Source of the DNA: Rebecca billardiae RCC1528
Taxonomy: Eukaryota > Protista > Haptophyta
NCBI GenBank assembly: GCA_965240325.2
Contig: OZ251226.1
Coordinates: forward strand, 2,852,001-2,916,000
DNA length: 64,000 nt
Direction of reading: 5' to 3'
Below the pieces are notes generated by a model, which saw only the letters and a list, made by a program, of their open reading frames with translations, had not been told where the DNA came from and made no database searches. Shown piece after piece: positions 12,978 through 25,987 of this stretch. Every line of letters begins with the position of its first letter. The first letter of the stretch is position 1. A program made the position numbers and the translations under genes.

Positions 12978-13734
12978 CGTATCAGTGATACAGGCAGATA
13001 CAGTGATACAGTGATACAGCGGCAGCGGGTTTCAAAACGGCCGGCGATTCGCGGCCGGGCCCGACGACCCCCACTCTCGCGCGATGGCAAGGCGCGCGTC
13101 TTCGCAGCTCGTGTGGGCGTGAGTGCCGGGCCGCGTCAGGGCGCGCTGGAGCCGTGGCGTGATGGAGACGTGGCGCCCGTGCGCTGTTCTGCGAGCCGCA
13201 CCGCGACAGCCAGGCATCGCTGCAGTTGTCGCCACGCACGCCCGCGGCGGCCGCTGACGGCACGTCGCAGCCGCCGCCGGCTGCCGCGCCAATGACTGAC
13301 TGGCACGCGCCCTGCGGGCCGAGCGCGCAGGCGAGAGCCGGCACCGTGCCTGCTGGCCGCCGCCGTGTCTGATCACCGCCCGTGCCCTCGCCGGCAGCGC
13401 GCGTGCGGCGCTGCGTATGCTGCGGCGCACAACGGCTCGCCAGCCAGCTCGGCCGTCAGGGCCTCGTGCCGTGTCGCCCCCCGCCCCGCCCCCCCCGTCT
13501 TGCTCACCGTTGACTGATCATCCGCGGCACGCAGGCGAGCCAACTTCACCACCGTCGGGGCCGGGAACTCCCTGTTCAGGCCGCCGCAATCGTCCCTGTC
13601 CGCGCCCGGACTGCTCAACTCTGCTGCCGCCGGCACTCGCCGGCACACGCCCAGACTCCAGACTGCCACCACCCGGACTACCAGGCCACCTGCTGTATCA
13701 CTGTATCACTGTATCTGCCTGTATCACTGATACG
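12978..13734. mobile_element. MITE/foldback-like element with 43-bp perfect TIRs built of gtgataca repeats; a third partial TIR copy at 13818-13852
   Basis: 12978-13020 cgtatcagtgatacaggcagatacagtgatacagtgatacagc is the reverse complement of 13692-13734. Confidence 0.85.
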
Positions 13735-14171
13735 GAGGGCCCTCCTTGCCAAGCCGCCGCCGCGCGCGCCGCCGTCCGCTCCCGGACTGTCGCCATCCGG
13801 ACTACAGGCCAGGCCCGTGTATCACTGTATCACTGTATCTGCCTGTATCACTCAAGTGACTCCGTTGCTGCTCGTCGCTGACGTCGGACGGAGCAGTACT
13901 CGCAGTCTCGCTCAGCCTCATCAGCCGGCGGCGGCCCCACCCGTCACCGGCCCCGCGGGCCGCTGAGTACTGTCTACCGACCGGCCAACATTGCCATTTG
14001 TCGCCGTGACTGCCGCGGTCGCCAAATGATGCCAGTCACGGTGTACATGCTGCAAGTGCTGCAGCCTGCAGGCTGTCCCATCCTCTCGGTCCGCATGGCC
14101 TCGAAGCCGCGGCGACGTCAGAATGAGCCAGCCCGCCCCCCTCCCCCCGTCCTGCGGGCCGCGCCGAGCGC

Positions 14172-15536
14172 TCACTCAGCAATCTCGGGGTCGTCTCCTG
14201 CTCCTGCCGCCGCGCTTCGGCTCTGGCGCAGCTCGTCGCGCTTGAGCACGCCGAAGAGCGCGAGCACGGCGAACTGCGCGACGGGCCGGGCGGAGGGCGC
14301 GGCCGCGCGGCGGTGAGACCATCGCGTGTGCGCTGGCCGGCGGGCGCACGGGCGCGCGCACCTTGGAGAGGAAGATCAGGAAGTAGACCGACTCTGCGAA
14401 CGGCTCCTTGCCCTCCATCACGGAGAGGCGCGGCAGCCCCAGGATGCGGATGCAGTCAAACAGGAGAGTCATGAGGACCAAGGTGACGTACACGACGAGG
14501 AAGTTGGTCTTGTCCGTGTCCAGGTAGTACAGCGCGAAGAGCGGGACGAGCGCCTGCCACTCCAGCGCGCCGATTGTGACGAGCAGGAAGAGCAGCTGCG
14601 GCAGGGCGGGGGCAGCGAGCGCGGCGCACGCGACGCTCGGGCTCAGCTGCCGCCGCGGCCCCGCGCGTGCAGCGACGGGAGCGACGGAAGGGGGCAGGTG
14701 GGGGGCGGCCTCGCGCGCGCGCGCGCGCGCACCAGCTGCGCGAAGAGCAGTGCGTACAGGGCGAGCCTCACGCCGCGCGCGTCGTACAGGTCGGTGAGCG
14801 CCTCGACAAGCAGCTCCTCGTGCCACAGCTCGAGCAGCTTCGAGGCGAGCACCGCGGTCGCGGCAGTCACCAGGAGGAAGGTGAGGCGCGCGAGGCCGAA
14901 GGCGGTCTCGTAGCCGACCGGGCCCCAGCCGAGCGACTCTGGCACCGCCGCCGCGTACGCCAACATCCCGAGGAAAATGAACATCCAGCTGACCGCCCAC
15001 GTGCCGATGATCATGAAGTGCCATTTGCGGTTAGCAAAGCCCGCAGCCGCGAGGCGTACCTTGGCGTTCTTCGCAAAGCCCACCGCCTCCGCGAGGCCCT
15101 CGATCACTGACAACGCGAACGCAATCCACAGCGTCAGGAAGGCCAGCCACAGGAACCACGCGGCCGCCGTGCCCGCGCCCTTGGCGGCGCACCACACGGC
15201 CACAGGCGTCGTGTCGATGCCATCCCATGCCTTGGGCATGGGGTCATGCGGGCCGGGCGGGCAGAGCCCCTCATCGCTGAAGCTGTGGATAGTCGCATTC
15301 TCGCCCTTCCCAATCTTCACGTGATTGAGCCCCACGTAAGCCTTGACAGGCTTGCCCTCGCGCATCGCCGTCCCCTCCACCCAGTCGTTCTCTCCGAGCG
15401 CGATGCCCATGAAGATGATGCACAGGAAGGCGACCCCGGCGCACAGGAGCGGGACGAAGTCGAGTGATGCGGTGGCGCTGCGCGCTCCATTGCCCTCGTC
15501 GGACCGAGGCCCGCTGCCAGCCAGCTTGGCCGACAT
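14172..15536 (-). CDS. Multi-pass membrane protein of unknown function; exons 15536-14733, 14595-14362, 14273-14172
   Basis: Several hydrophobic helices; two GT-AG introns join the ORFs in frame to a TGA. Confidence 0.75.
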
Positions 15537-15793
15537 CTGCGCGGAGGAAGAGCGCCGTTGCCCGCGCTTGCTTTCAAGCTCGAAAGCGTCGCTGCGGAAG
15601 ACGGGTGGGCCTGGCCGACGACAACGCGCGCTCCCAGGCCTGCTCGCGAGCTGAGCAGCAGTGCGCAATAATAAACCAACCGAGGCCAAACTGGCCAAAC
15701 GCTCCAAAGTTTGTTATTCAGCGCCCAAACCTGTAGTAGAGCACTGAATAAGGGATATCCCCGGACTCCGACTTGTCGCCGCCCGGACCCACG

Positions 15794-17810
15794 ATGCCGA
15801 TGTCCGCTCAGGCGCCGTGCGCTGTGACGCGCCTCTGCTGGAGCTGCGGCGAGCTCTTCGCCCTGGCGTCGCCAGTCTCGGGCGGCGCTGATATCTCGCG
15901 GTGCTCTGCGCGCTGCGCGCACTGTGGCGCCGTCTCGCGCTCGCTCGTGCCACCGCCGCCTGCGGCTCCATGGCCCGGCGCGTACGAGCGCCCGGCGCCT
16001 GCCAGCCTCACGCTCAGGCGCGTGCACAAGATCGCGAAGCGGCGGCGCGTCGGCGGGCCGGGCAGCGCGATGCGCTATCTCGTCCAGTGGGATGAGCACG
16101 ACGCGCTCCTGCCCGTCGGCGGCCGCTCCGACTCGCCGCTGCCAGGCGGCTTGAGCGGCGTGGCATGCGGCAGCGCGGTGAGCGGCGCGGCCGTGCCATC
16201 GCCGCCCGTGCAGCCCGCGGGCGGGAAGGGCCCCCTCGCCTTGGAGTCGTGGGAGGTGGCGGTACACCTCTCGCTCGACCCGAGCCTCGTCGCCTTCTAC
16301 GACGACATGCTCGCGGCCGAGCTCGAGTCGGCGCAGCTGGCGCGGCAGAGTGCGCCGCCGCGCGTGAGCCTCGTGGACGCTGTGCGGCTGCAGATGGCGT
16401 GGTGCGAGTCCGGCACGCTGGCCGACGGCGGCAGCGCGGGCTCGGCCGCTCCCGAGCGGCGTGAGCCGGTCCGGCGTGGCAACGACGTCGTGTGGAACGC
16501 GGGCGACATGGTGGAGGTGCAGTGGAAAGGGAAGGGCTTCCGAGGCTCGTGGGCGCTCGCCGAGGTGGCGCGCGTGCACAACCGAGACTTGCTGCTCGTG
16601 CGCTTCGTCGACTTTGTCGGTGCGCGCGCCTTCCGCGCGCGCGCGCCACGCGGTGTACGCACGGCGCGCGCGCTCTCGCGGCCGCGCGCGCGCGCGCGCG
16701 CGGCCGTGTGCGCAACAACCCGTCCGCGCCCACCCGCCCTGCGCCACGCGCGCGCTGGCCCCGCGGCGCGCGCGCGCCCCGCTCTGCTCCGCGCAGACGA
16801 CCGCGGCAATCCGCTCGAGGAGGACGTGCCCAGCAGGCGCGTGCGGCTCGTGCCGCCCAAGCACTCCGCGGACTGGCGGCCACAGCTTGGCGAGCACCTG
16901 GAGTCGCGCTCGAACGACCTGTGGTGGGAGGGCCGCGTCGAGCGCTTCGACACCATCAAGGTGCGGCCGCACGCGCGCGCGGCGCGCCGCGCAACGCGCG
17001 CGCGCGCGCTCAGCCCCGTGTGCTGCGCCCTGTGCGCAGGGCTATCTCTTCGCGTACGAGTACCACCCGGTGTGGATCTGGCTGCCCATCGACGGGCTTC
17101 GCCCGCGTCCGAGCTTCAGCGTGTCCTTCCCGCGCAACCGCGTGCGCGCGGCGGGTGACGAGGCCGAGCCCGAGGCGGAGGCGGAGCTGGAGGGCGAGGC
17201 GGACGAGAGCGCGAGCGATGAGGGCGCACCCCCCGTGCGTAAGCAAAGCTGCCCCCACGCTGGCTGCATCCTCACCGAGCGGCACAAGGGGCTCTGCCAG
17301 TTCGGCGACGACACGGTCGCTGGGCGCGACGAAGCCGCGCGCTCGATGCGCCAGAAGGGCCTCACCGAGCGCGCGCGCAAGCTCGAGGTGCTGGAGCAGG
17401 AGGAGATCCTGCGCTCCATCCACCGCAGGCGCGCGTCGCGGCGCGCGCAGGAGGCCGCCCAGCCGACCAAGGTGATCCCCGGCTCGCGCATGGCGCAGTG
17501 GCACCCGCAGCTCTTCGTGACCGAGTTCGAGCACGCGCTCACGCCCGTGCTCGTCTTCGACACCTCGCGCACGCCGGCGGGCTGCTGCGGCCAGCTGATC
17601 CTCACCTCGGCGCAGATCGCCGCAGACGTGCTGCGCATGATCCGGACAGAGCTCAACGTGCAGCTGGACGGCAGGCGGGTGGTCTGCGTGCCGCACGCGT
17701 CCGGGCCGGAAATGGAGCTGCTCGAGCTCACGGGCATCCCGCGCACGACTCCCAACGTCGAGTGGCTGCCGCAAGAGGGCCGCGTCGACCTGCTCGTCAT
17801 CGACAGCTGA
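15794..17810 (+). CDS. Chromatin reader with N-terminal Cys cluster, chromodomain-like region and tandem Agenet/Tudor domains; exons 15794-16619, 16797-16960, 17040-17810
   Basis: VHKIAKRR...RYLVQW...ESWE (chromo-like); GDMVEVQWKGKGFRGSWALAEV and GEHLESRSNDLWWEGRV (Agenet-like); GT-AG introns. Confidence 0.75.
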
Positions 17811-18199
17811 CCACCCGCGCGTTTCTTAAATTCCGTCATGGCAGCACTCGGCAGGCCGGCAGCATCCGAGGTCGCGGAGGTGATACGTGCATCGGATCTT
17901 AGGAGGCTACAGGCGGCCGCCCGACTCCCACTGCTAGTTATCCACTACTCACTAGATGCTAGAGCTACTAGATACTACCCGTAACTATAGTAACTACGTA
18001 CGATGGCACTTATTCGCATCGTCGACTCGCGTCGTCCGCCCACGCCGTTACCGTCGCAGGTCCGTAGGACTAGTGGACTACCCGTATACTCCGACGATCA
18101 CTCAGTGACAGTGTGAGTGACTCAGCGTCTCAGCGCCGCACGTGACTTGGGCCCAGTTGCCCGCCGCAGACCGGGTCCGGATGCAAGACTCGTGACGAG

Positions 18200-19426
18200 T
18201 CACACCATGCGACTCATCGTCTGCTCATGTGCTGGTCGACCGCCATCAGACTGGCGGCGGAACGAGTCGTGATGGAAGTCATCCACAGCGGCGGCGGCGC
18301 GTTCATGATGTTTGCTGTGCTGGCTGGCTGATTTGGATGAGCGCCGGCTGTTTGACTCATCGTCGTCGGCCGGGGTGCCATCGATCCAATTGTCGCCCAC
18401 AGGCAGCACGACGTTCTCAACCGTCTGCAGCGCAACAAAGCCGACGAAGGTCGAGATGCCCGCCTTAACGATGCCGAGGATGGCGGGGTCGTGCTCGCTG
18501 ATCGCGAGCGGGTTGGGGAAGGACGGGTCCGTGGCCACAAAGATGCCAAGCCCGGCGCCGACCGCGGCAGAGAGAAGGCGGTCGTTGTTGAAGTTGTCCG
18601 CGAACGGCTCCTCCATGCCGAAGCGGGCGTACGCGCTGCGGAAAACGCGCAGCCCAGTGAAGAAGGCGAGGCCCGTCAGGAGCGCCGTCCACAGGCACAG
18701 GAGCACAAACGGCTGCTCCGGGTTCAGCGCATTCACGACAGGCTGCCAGGCAGTGCCGCTGAAGACCGCGGCACTGCCGAGCCAAAGCGCCACGAGCGCC
18801 TCCGCGCGGATGTTCACCTCTGCCCTGCGCAACGCATATCGCGAGAAGCCGCGGAAGGCCAGGTGGCCGCAGAAGACGCCCGCCGCGTCGCCGAGGCCCG
18901 TCAGCACGAAGAAGATCGCTGACGTGGGCCCGGCGCCAAGGAGGCCAGCGACCACGGACATGGCTTGCCAGCCAGCGCCGCCGCAGAAGATCTTGCTCAT
19001 TGCCACCTCGAGGGTCGATTCTGTCCGCGCGAAGAGTACGCTGAAACTCATCTGCGAGCAGTGCTCACCGGTGAGCTTGAGGCGCTCGCGTTCGCGCTTG
19101 GAAGTCGTGAGCGGCGACTGGATGACACCAGTCAGGCCGCGCACCAGTGGCGCGGGCTTGGAGACGGGGAGAGCTGGCATCGTCGATGCGCGGCCAGGGC
19201 CACGAAGCGAGCGACGCGGCTTCTCAGCCGCGCTCGGCTTCGGCTTCGGTAGCGAGTCTTCATGAAACGACGCCATCCGCTGTGACTTGCCCGACGATGG
19301 CTGCTCCGTGGAGGCTCCGCGCGACGTGGTGGAGGCGACAAGGGCAGCCCAGGCAGCGTCGTCTGTGAACTGGTCCGCGCTCTCGTGCTCCATGAGCATG
19401 CTGCGCGCACGCGAGGCGTCTGTCAT
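18200..19426 (-). CDS. Hypothetical multi-pass membrane protein
   Basis: Long ORF with coding-like bias, disordered N-terminus and about 6 hydrophobic segments. Confidence 0.75.
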   Translation of the reverse strand: MTDASRARSMLMEHESADQFTDDAAWAALVASTTSRGASTEQPSSGKSQRMASFHEDSLPKPKPSAAEKPRRSLRGPGRASTMPALPVSKPAPLVRGLTGVIQSPLTTSKRERERLKLTGEHCSQMSFSVLFARTESTLEVAMSKIFCGGAGWQAMSVVAGLLGAGPTSAIFFVLTGLGDAAGVFCGHLAFRGFSRYALRRAEVNIRAEALVALWLGSAAVFSGTAWQPVVNALNPEQPFVLLCLWTALLTGLAFFTGLRVFRSAYARFGMEEPFADNFNNDRLLSAAVGAGLGIFVATDPSFPNPLAISEHDPAILGIVKAGISTFVGFVALQTVENVVLPVGDNWIDGTPADDDESNSRRSSKSASQHSKHHERAAAAVDDFHHDSFRRQSDGGRPAHEQTMSRMV

Positions 19427-19631
19427 TGGCGACGTTGACGGCCTGCTCGGGGGATTGGCCGTCGTGCGTGGGCGTGGCCGGGACCGACGACAAGATGCAA
19501 GCAGCACTCTACCGGTAGGTACGGCCGATTGTATTCATCACTACTGCGGCCCGCCCGGGCCGGACTCGGAAGACGACTGTCCTGCACAGCTGCACTGCTG
19601 CCAGCTGCACCGGAACGGCGGCGGGGATCCC

Positions 19632-20714
19632 ATGGCGTTCACGGTGCTTCGTGGCATCATCAGGCTACGCCCGCTGTGCCGGCTCGCCGCGGCGACAGCA
19701 GCCGGTGCACTGGCATTTGGCACGCCTCTGGCTGCCATGCAAGCCCCTGAGCCCGCACGCGCCGTGGGAGCCGCTGGTCGACCGTCAAACGTTGCGTTGG
19801 GCGCGGCCGTGCGCACAAACGATGCGGGCGAGTCGATGCTGCTCGTGGGCAAGCCCGACACCTACAAGGGCATGATCATCGATACGGACTCCGTCCCACG
19901 CTCGGCTGACGACTTCGTCAGCGTGCTCCGCGCATCGCTCGACGCCTGGCGCGCGGGAGGCGTGCGCGGCGTGTGGCTGCACTTGCCGCTCGACCTGTCG
20001 CACCTCGTGCCCCTCGCGGTCGCGCACGGCTTCAAGTACCACCACGCGAACGAGCGGATCCTGACGCTGACGAACTGGCTGCCCGAGTCCCCGAGCACGC
20101 TGCCACACGGGCCGACGCATCAGGTCGGGGTGGGTGGCTTCGTCCTCAACGACAAGTGCGAGGTGCTCATGGTGAAGGAGCGCACAGGGCCTGCGGCCAA
20201 GCTCGGCATCTGGAAGCTGCCGACCGGAATCATCGAGCGCGGGGAGGACTTGGTGGACGCCGCGAGGCGCGAGGTGCTGGAGGAGACGGGCGTGCGTACG
20301 CACGCAGAGGAGTCCTCCGTGGTCTCGTTCAGGTGCACTGCGCTGCGCGCGCGCGCACGCCGCGCCAAGCTGGCAGCCTCTTGACGCATGCGCGCTGCGC
20401 GCGCGCGCGCCCGATGCAGGCATGCACACCCGCGGAGCGCAGACGGGGTGTCGGACCTCTTCTTCGTCGTCTCTCTCAGAGCCGATTCCGAGAGCTCGGC
20501 CGACGCGGCCCTCCGCATCCAGGAGTCCGAGATCCTCGAGGCCAAGTGGATGCCCCTCGCCGAGGTGGTCGAGCTCGAGTACTACAAGCAGGGCGGTGTG
20601 CTGTACGAGATGGTGCTCGGCACGATGGTGGAGGAGCGGCCCAAGTTCGAGCCGAAGCGCATGACGAACGGCAGCCGGCCTGGCTCCTCGCTCGTCTACC
20701 GCTCGCGCATGTAG
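19632..20714 (+). CDS. Nudix hydrolase, NUDT6/plant NUDX2-8 type; exons 19632-20332, 20420-20714
   Basis: pre-Nudix region (GVRGVWLHLP..GFKYHHA), THQVGVGGFV, Nudix box GIIERGEDLVDAARREVLEETG. Confidence 0.92.
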
Positions 20715-21207
20715 CGCGGTCGGAGCCGGCTCGCTCGACCCCGAGATCCGCATCCCGCTGCCAAGTATGGTGGCACCAAGGTCTGCGACACGCTCAGTAG
20801 TCAGTAGCCGCTCGTAACGCCGCCGCACGAGACCGCCAACGGTACTGTGAAGTTCAAGTAGACTCCAATCGGCTGACACGGTAGCGTCGCAGTAGCTACT
20901 GCATGTAGTTAAATTTTTCTGAAAGTTGAATGGCCTTACCGTTCGACGTTCCGGGCCTGACGAGGGACGCCGGCGGCCGCAGGTCCGCGCCTGACCCTGC
21001 CACCCTGGCAAGATGGCAAGAGCCTGGCATTGAGCATTTGAGCCTAGTTAGCCCTCTCTTTCATTCCTTTGGTTAGCCATTCATCTCAATCTCATCTAAA
21101 ACTCATGCGGCTGTGCGCCACCGCCATGCTGACGACCGGCGACTTTTGCGTCCGATCGATCATTTGCATTTTACGCGAACATCGCCGGCGGCGGAAACTC
21201 CGCGCGC

Positions 21208-23026
21208 ATGGTCCGCCGCAAGGCCGCCGCCCACGCGGTCGCGCCGCACGCCGTGGGAGCGCGGCTGCAGTGTACGCGGTCCGACGGGCAGCCGCCTTGT
21301 GCGCGCGCGCCCATTTGCACCCGCCGCGCGCATGCGCGCAGCCCGGCACCGATCGCGCCGCAGCTGAGGCGCCTGCTGCTGCGGCGGCGCGTGCACGCCT
21401 CCCGCCGGTGCCGCACAGGGGTGTGCGAGGTGCTCGAGCGGCGCGAGGATTCGGGCGGCAACGGCGGGTACGAGTACTACGTGCACTACACTGATCTCAA
21501 CCGCCGACTCGACGAGTGGGTCTCGCACGGCCGCCTCGCACCCGTCGAGCGCTCGGCGAATGCGGCGCGCAAGCGGCTCCGGCATGAGCTGCAGGCGCTG
21601 CAGCCAGCTCGCGTGCTGCCCGTCGGGGAGCCCGACGGCCCGGACGGGCTCGACCACGTGACGCTGAAGGAGCACGAGGCGGCTACCAAGGTGAAGAACG
21701 TCGGTGCCGTGGTCCTGGGCCGCTGGCGCATGGAGGCGTGGTACTACTCGCCGCTGATCTGCCTGGGCAACGTGCGCGCGGCCGCGCGCCGCGCCACGCG
21801 CGAGCGCTGCGCGCGCGCGGCGTCGCCTGAGCTCCCGCGCGACGCGCTGCCCACGTCGCGCGCAGTCGATCGCCGAGTGCGCCGAGCTGCACATGTGCGA
21901 GTTCTGCCTGCACGGCGAGAGCGACGCGAGCGCGCTCGCAGCGCACTCGGCGTGCTGCAGCGCGCGGCACCCGCCGGGCGATGAGATCTACCGCGACGGA
22001 GCGCTCTCGGTGTTCGAGGTGGACGGGCGCGAGGAGGGGGCGTACTGCTCGCGGCTGTGCGTGCTCGCCAAGCTGTTCCTCGACCACAAGGTCTCGGTCG
22101 GCGCGGAGGCCGTCGCGCCCTTCCGCTTCTACGTGCTGACGGCGGCGGACGCGCGCGGCTGCCGGCTGCTCGGCTACTTCTCAAAGGAGAAGCTGAGCGT
22201 GCTGCGCTTCAACCTGGCGTGCATCCTCGTGCTGCCGCCGCACCAGCGCAAGGGGTACGGCACGCTGCTCATCTCGCTCTCGTACGAGCTGTCGCGCCGC
22301 GAGGGCGAGCGCGGCACGCCGGAGCGCCCGCTGTCCGACCTCGGCCTGCGCTCGTACCGGCGCTTCTGGGCGGAGGTGCTGCTGCGCGCGCTGCACGTGC
22401 ACGCGCGCGAGGGGCGGTGCGCGAGCGTCGAGGAGCTGGCTGAGGCGACGGCGATCCGCGAGGCCGACGTCGTCTCGACGCTGCAGGCGATGGGCGTGCT
22501 CGTGTACACGCGCGGGCAGCACTTCTTCCGCCTCACGCCCGCGCTGCTCGCGGAGTACGTGGACGGCGTTGGCGGCGCGGCCAAGCCTCCCAACGCCAGC
22601 CTGCTCGTCGATCCGGCCAAGCTCGAGTGGCAGCCCCCGACGCCGGCAGTGCCGACGTCCGCGCCGCCCAAGGCCGGGGGTGGACCGGTCGCGGAGAGCG
22701 CCGCCGCCGCCGGAACCGACGTCGTGGGCGGCCCGCGCAGGCGCGCACATGGCGACGACTCCTTCGCCGCGGGCCCCGCCAGGGCAGCCGTCGCCGACAC
22801 AGCCTCGGGCCGAGCCCCTGCGACGGCGGCAAAGCATCGGCCCGCTGCGAGGGACGGCAAGCGGCTCGCGGTCGCCAAGGCGCACGAGGGGACGCGACTT
22901 GCCGTGCGTACCGGCGGCGATGGGAGCCGCCTCGCAGTCCGCAGTGCGAGAGCAGTCCCGCCGCGGGAAGGCGAGGGGATGTCGCGCCTCGCCGTGCGCA
23001 CGCGCCGCACGAGCAGCTCGAGCTGA
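21208..23026 (+). CDS. MYST-family histone acetyltransferase (Esa1/Tip60/MOF-like) with chromo-barrel; exons 21208-21298, 21419-21771, 21866-23026
   Basis: YYVHYTDLNRRLDEWV, WYYSP, CEFCL, HPPGDEIY, LAKLFLDHK, GYFSKEK, NLACILVLPPHQRKGYG, PERPLSDLG. Confidence 0.95.
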
Positions 23027-24193
23027 CTCACAGTGACTCTGCGAGTGCGAACGTGCGAAGTGACTCTGCTGCCACTTGGGACCGTTGGTCAGAGTCGCCG
23101 TCTCGCCGACTCGGACTCCGCCGTGACTCGTGAAGTCGTGAGTCTCGAGACTCGGGGAGACAATATTGTGTCTGAGCACACGGTCCGAGGCCCGTCGGAC
23201 CGTCAGCGGCCCGCGGCGCGGGGCAGCGGCCGGCAGACAGCGCCAGCCGCCCCCAGCGGAGTGAGCGCCGGGCTGACGCGCGGCCGCGCCGCTGATGAGT
23301 GATGAGTCCGCGCTGGCGGCGGTTCGGCACTCGGCAGGCCGATGACATCCGCGGGGGCGATGACTACCGAGTCGCGAGTGACCGATACGAGACACTCGAG
23401 ACAGTCGAGTCACTGAGTGGCGCCGCTGTTCGGTCTTCGTAACTCTTCGAGTTCGGAGTTCGGTCAACTACGACTGTCCGGCCGTAGTCACGAGTCCCGC
23501 CTCCCGGAGCCGCCGGCGCCGCGGCCGACGTGCGGCGTGACGCCGGAGGCCGCGGCCGGGCCGGCGACAGCCGCCCGAGCCGGCGCGGCCGCCGGCGCCG
23601 CGGATTCGGACGGACGGACGGGCGCCGACTCACGGGCGCCGCGGCGGCGGCGGGGCGCGTCAGCGCGCGGCCCGAACCGCCAACCAGGCCACCGGGCCCG
23701 GCCCGCCGCGGCGGGTCCGGTCTCCGGACCGCGCCGCCGGGCGCCCCCGGGCCCGCGCGGGGCGCCGGGCCCGGGGCCGCCGGGCTACCCGCCGGGCCCG
23801 GCGGGTGCTGCTAGTGCTAGTTAACAACGTTCTCCTATCGCGGATGAGTCGTCTCAATGAGCGTCACTAATTTCTTATTAGACTCCGCGCTCGAGTACAA
23901 GCGTATTGCGCGGTGTCGCATCCGGGACTCGGCGAATCAGGCCGGAGCCTTGAACGAGTTTGGCGGCCGGAGCCGAGGCCGCGACTGCTGGGCGCTGCGC
24001 AGCTGAGCGCTCAGGGGTGTCAGCGCCCTGCGGCTGATCGATAATCCCAGGTCGATGCATCCCAGGTCGAAGCACGCGGAGCACTTCAGAACGTTCGGTG
24101 TGGCGAGATGCGCAGAGCACTGGCGGCGGGGCAAGCGCCACCATCTGGCTCTCACGCAGAGGAAGTTGCAGCGCGCAGCGGCGCAGCGATAGG

Positions 24194-24496
24194 TCAGAAG
24201 AAGAAGAATGTGGGACTGCTTGGCTTCTGCTGCGCCGCCTGCAGAGCCATCTCATCGCGGAGCTTTCTTCGCCGCCGCGTGGCCTGCTGGATGGCGATGT
24301 GGCGCATGAGGGCCTGGTGCTGGTGCTCTCGCTCAGCGAGGTGGTCGCGCTCCAGCTCGCTCGCGCGCGACGAGGATGGTGTGGAGATGCGCTCAAAGTA
24401 CAATTGTTCGTCACTCGCCTCCGACGGTGTGGTCGAGACGAGGAGCTGCGGTGTCACGGGTTGGGCATGCAGCCACGCCGCGGCGAACTGCGCCAT
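24194..24496 (-). CDS. Possible small hypothetical protein (~100 aa)
   Basis: Protein-like composition with a helical basic segment (ELERDHLAEREHQHQALMRHIAIQQATRRRRKLRDE); no recognisable domain. Confidence 0.35.
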   Translation of the reverse strand: MAQFAAAWLHAQPVTPQLLVSTTPSEASDEQLYFERISTPSSSRASELERDHLAEREHQHQALMRHIAIQQATRRRRKLRDEMALQAAQQKPSSPTFFFF

Positions 24497-25921
24497 GTGT
24501 CGATCGATGTGTGTCGTGAGCACGGGAGGGTTTCGGGAGGGGTTCCGCAAGGGTCCACTCAGGTCCAGGTTGTCTCTTCGAGCACTCGAGGGGGTATCGG
24601 TCGCTCGGTACCTAGCCGGCCCGAGTAAGGTGGTTCCGAGGGGTTGCACTCAACTCGAGGTACCCAACTCTCCCATACTCAATCAATCATCCATGAGCGC
24701 CATACATTCATGTGGTGTGAGATGCAAGCGCGGGAGGCGGCGGGACTGAACCACGTATATACGGTTATGTCTCCCTTAACTATCTCCTAATCTCCCTAGA
24801 CTCAACATGTTTCCCGTGGGTTCGAACCGTTGTAATCGAAGGGGATGGCGGGACCAATCACATGTAATACTCCAGACCGAGCTAATTACAACTGGGAGAT
24901 GAGCCTGATAAAAGTGAAGAAGTACCCATATCACCATATGCACTCAAACGACGATATGACGTTACAGCATTTGATTGCTTATGGCCTGAAGTGAGTGAAA
25001 GCGCAGAATCTAGCTGAATCAACAAGCAATGACAGTACAAACTCGGTTAAAAATCGGACGGCTACACTGACGGCCAACCAAGTAAGTCAAGTACCGCTCG
25101 GCTACCCAAGGCCAACCAAGTAAGGCAAGTATGGGTAGCATTTAACCCAAGACGATTGCAGCGAACCGGCCGGTGGCCGGGCGCCGATGTACTCGGTAGG
25201 ATGGCTGGTGGGGATGCACCCTTGCAACCGCGGCACGATGACCGCCCTTTCGCACACGACCTGCGCGATTATGCCGGTGTGCCCTGCGTTCCAATCCATC
25301 CTCTTCAGCTCACCGGCGACAGCGACTCTGCTTTACTATGTTCATGACCGCTGACGCCGTGACGGTGCCACAGGCGCCGCACTGGACTGTACCCCGTAGG
25401 CACCGCGCGATTTCGGCTCCTGTTATGCAATGCAGTCGTGATTCGCAGCATCAGCAGTGGCCGCGGCATCTGCCAATCAGTAGGCACTCCGGTGCTGCAG
25501 CCGCGACCGCGCGGACCCGCAGTGCGCGCGGTCCGCGCCGTCAGACGGACTCTTGAGTCTTGACTCGGAAGTGCGCACTTTCTCGGGTCATTGAGGTCTG
25601 GGTGGTCGCGCTGGTGTGACCTGGGCCGGCGCGGGCACTCGTCTGCCATGGCTCGGCATTAGATGCCAATTGAAAGTGGCGTGCCGCAGCAGTGTCCAGG
25701 CCGCGCTGCAGCAATGATGCTCGACGGCATCATTCGGCCGGCGAGTCCGATCAAGTGTCAGGCACCGGCCGCGTGTCACTTCGGACTCGTCGTCGTCGCG
25801 CGCTGCGGCAGGATGATGCATCATCCGATTTTTGGTCGTCCATCACGTACCAGACAGTAGACACTTGTCGTAACACTTGTCGTCCATCACGTATCAGACA
25901 GTAGACACGCTGCTACAGCTA

Positions 25922-25987
25922 ACAGTTTACTCAGATATTGAATCAAAGACGCACACAGCTCAGGCAGGCGAGATTGACGCCCGCCAA
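25922..25987 (+). repeat. Dispersed short repeat, copy 1 (others at 35906-35978 and 53548-53597)
   Basis: acagtttact...agacgcacacagctca..gcaggcgagattgacgcccgccaa shared among three loci. Confidence 0.85.

Noticed and set aside
12978-13020. CRISPR-like array
   Set aside because: 8-bp units without unique spacers; part of a TIR in eukaryotic DNA with no cas genes
23500-23810. Near-pure GC tract as a gene or element
   Set aside because: No coding motifs or terminal repeats detected
24810-24830. B-box-like GGTTCGAACC
   Set aside because: No A box or cloverleaf found nearby
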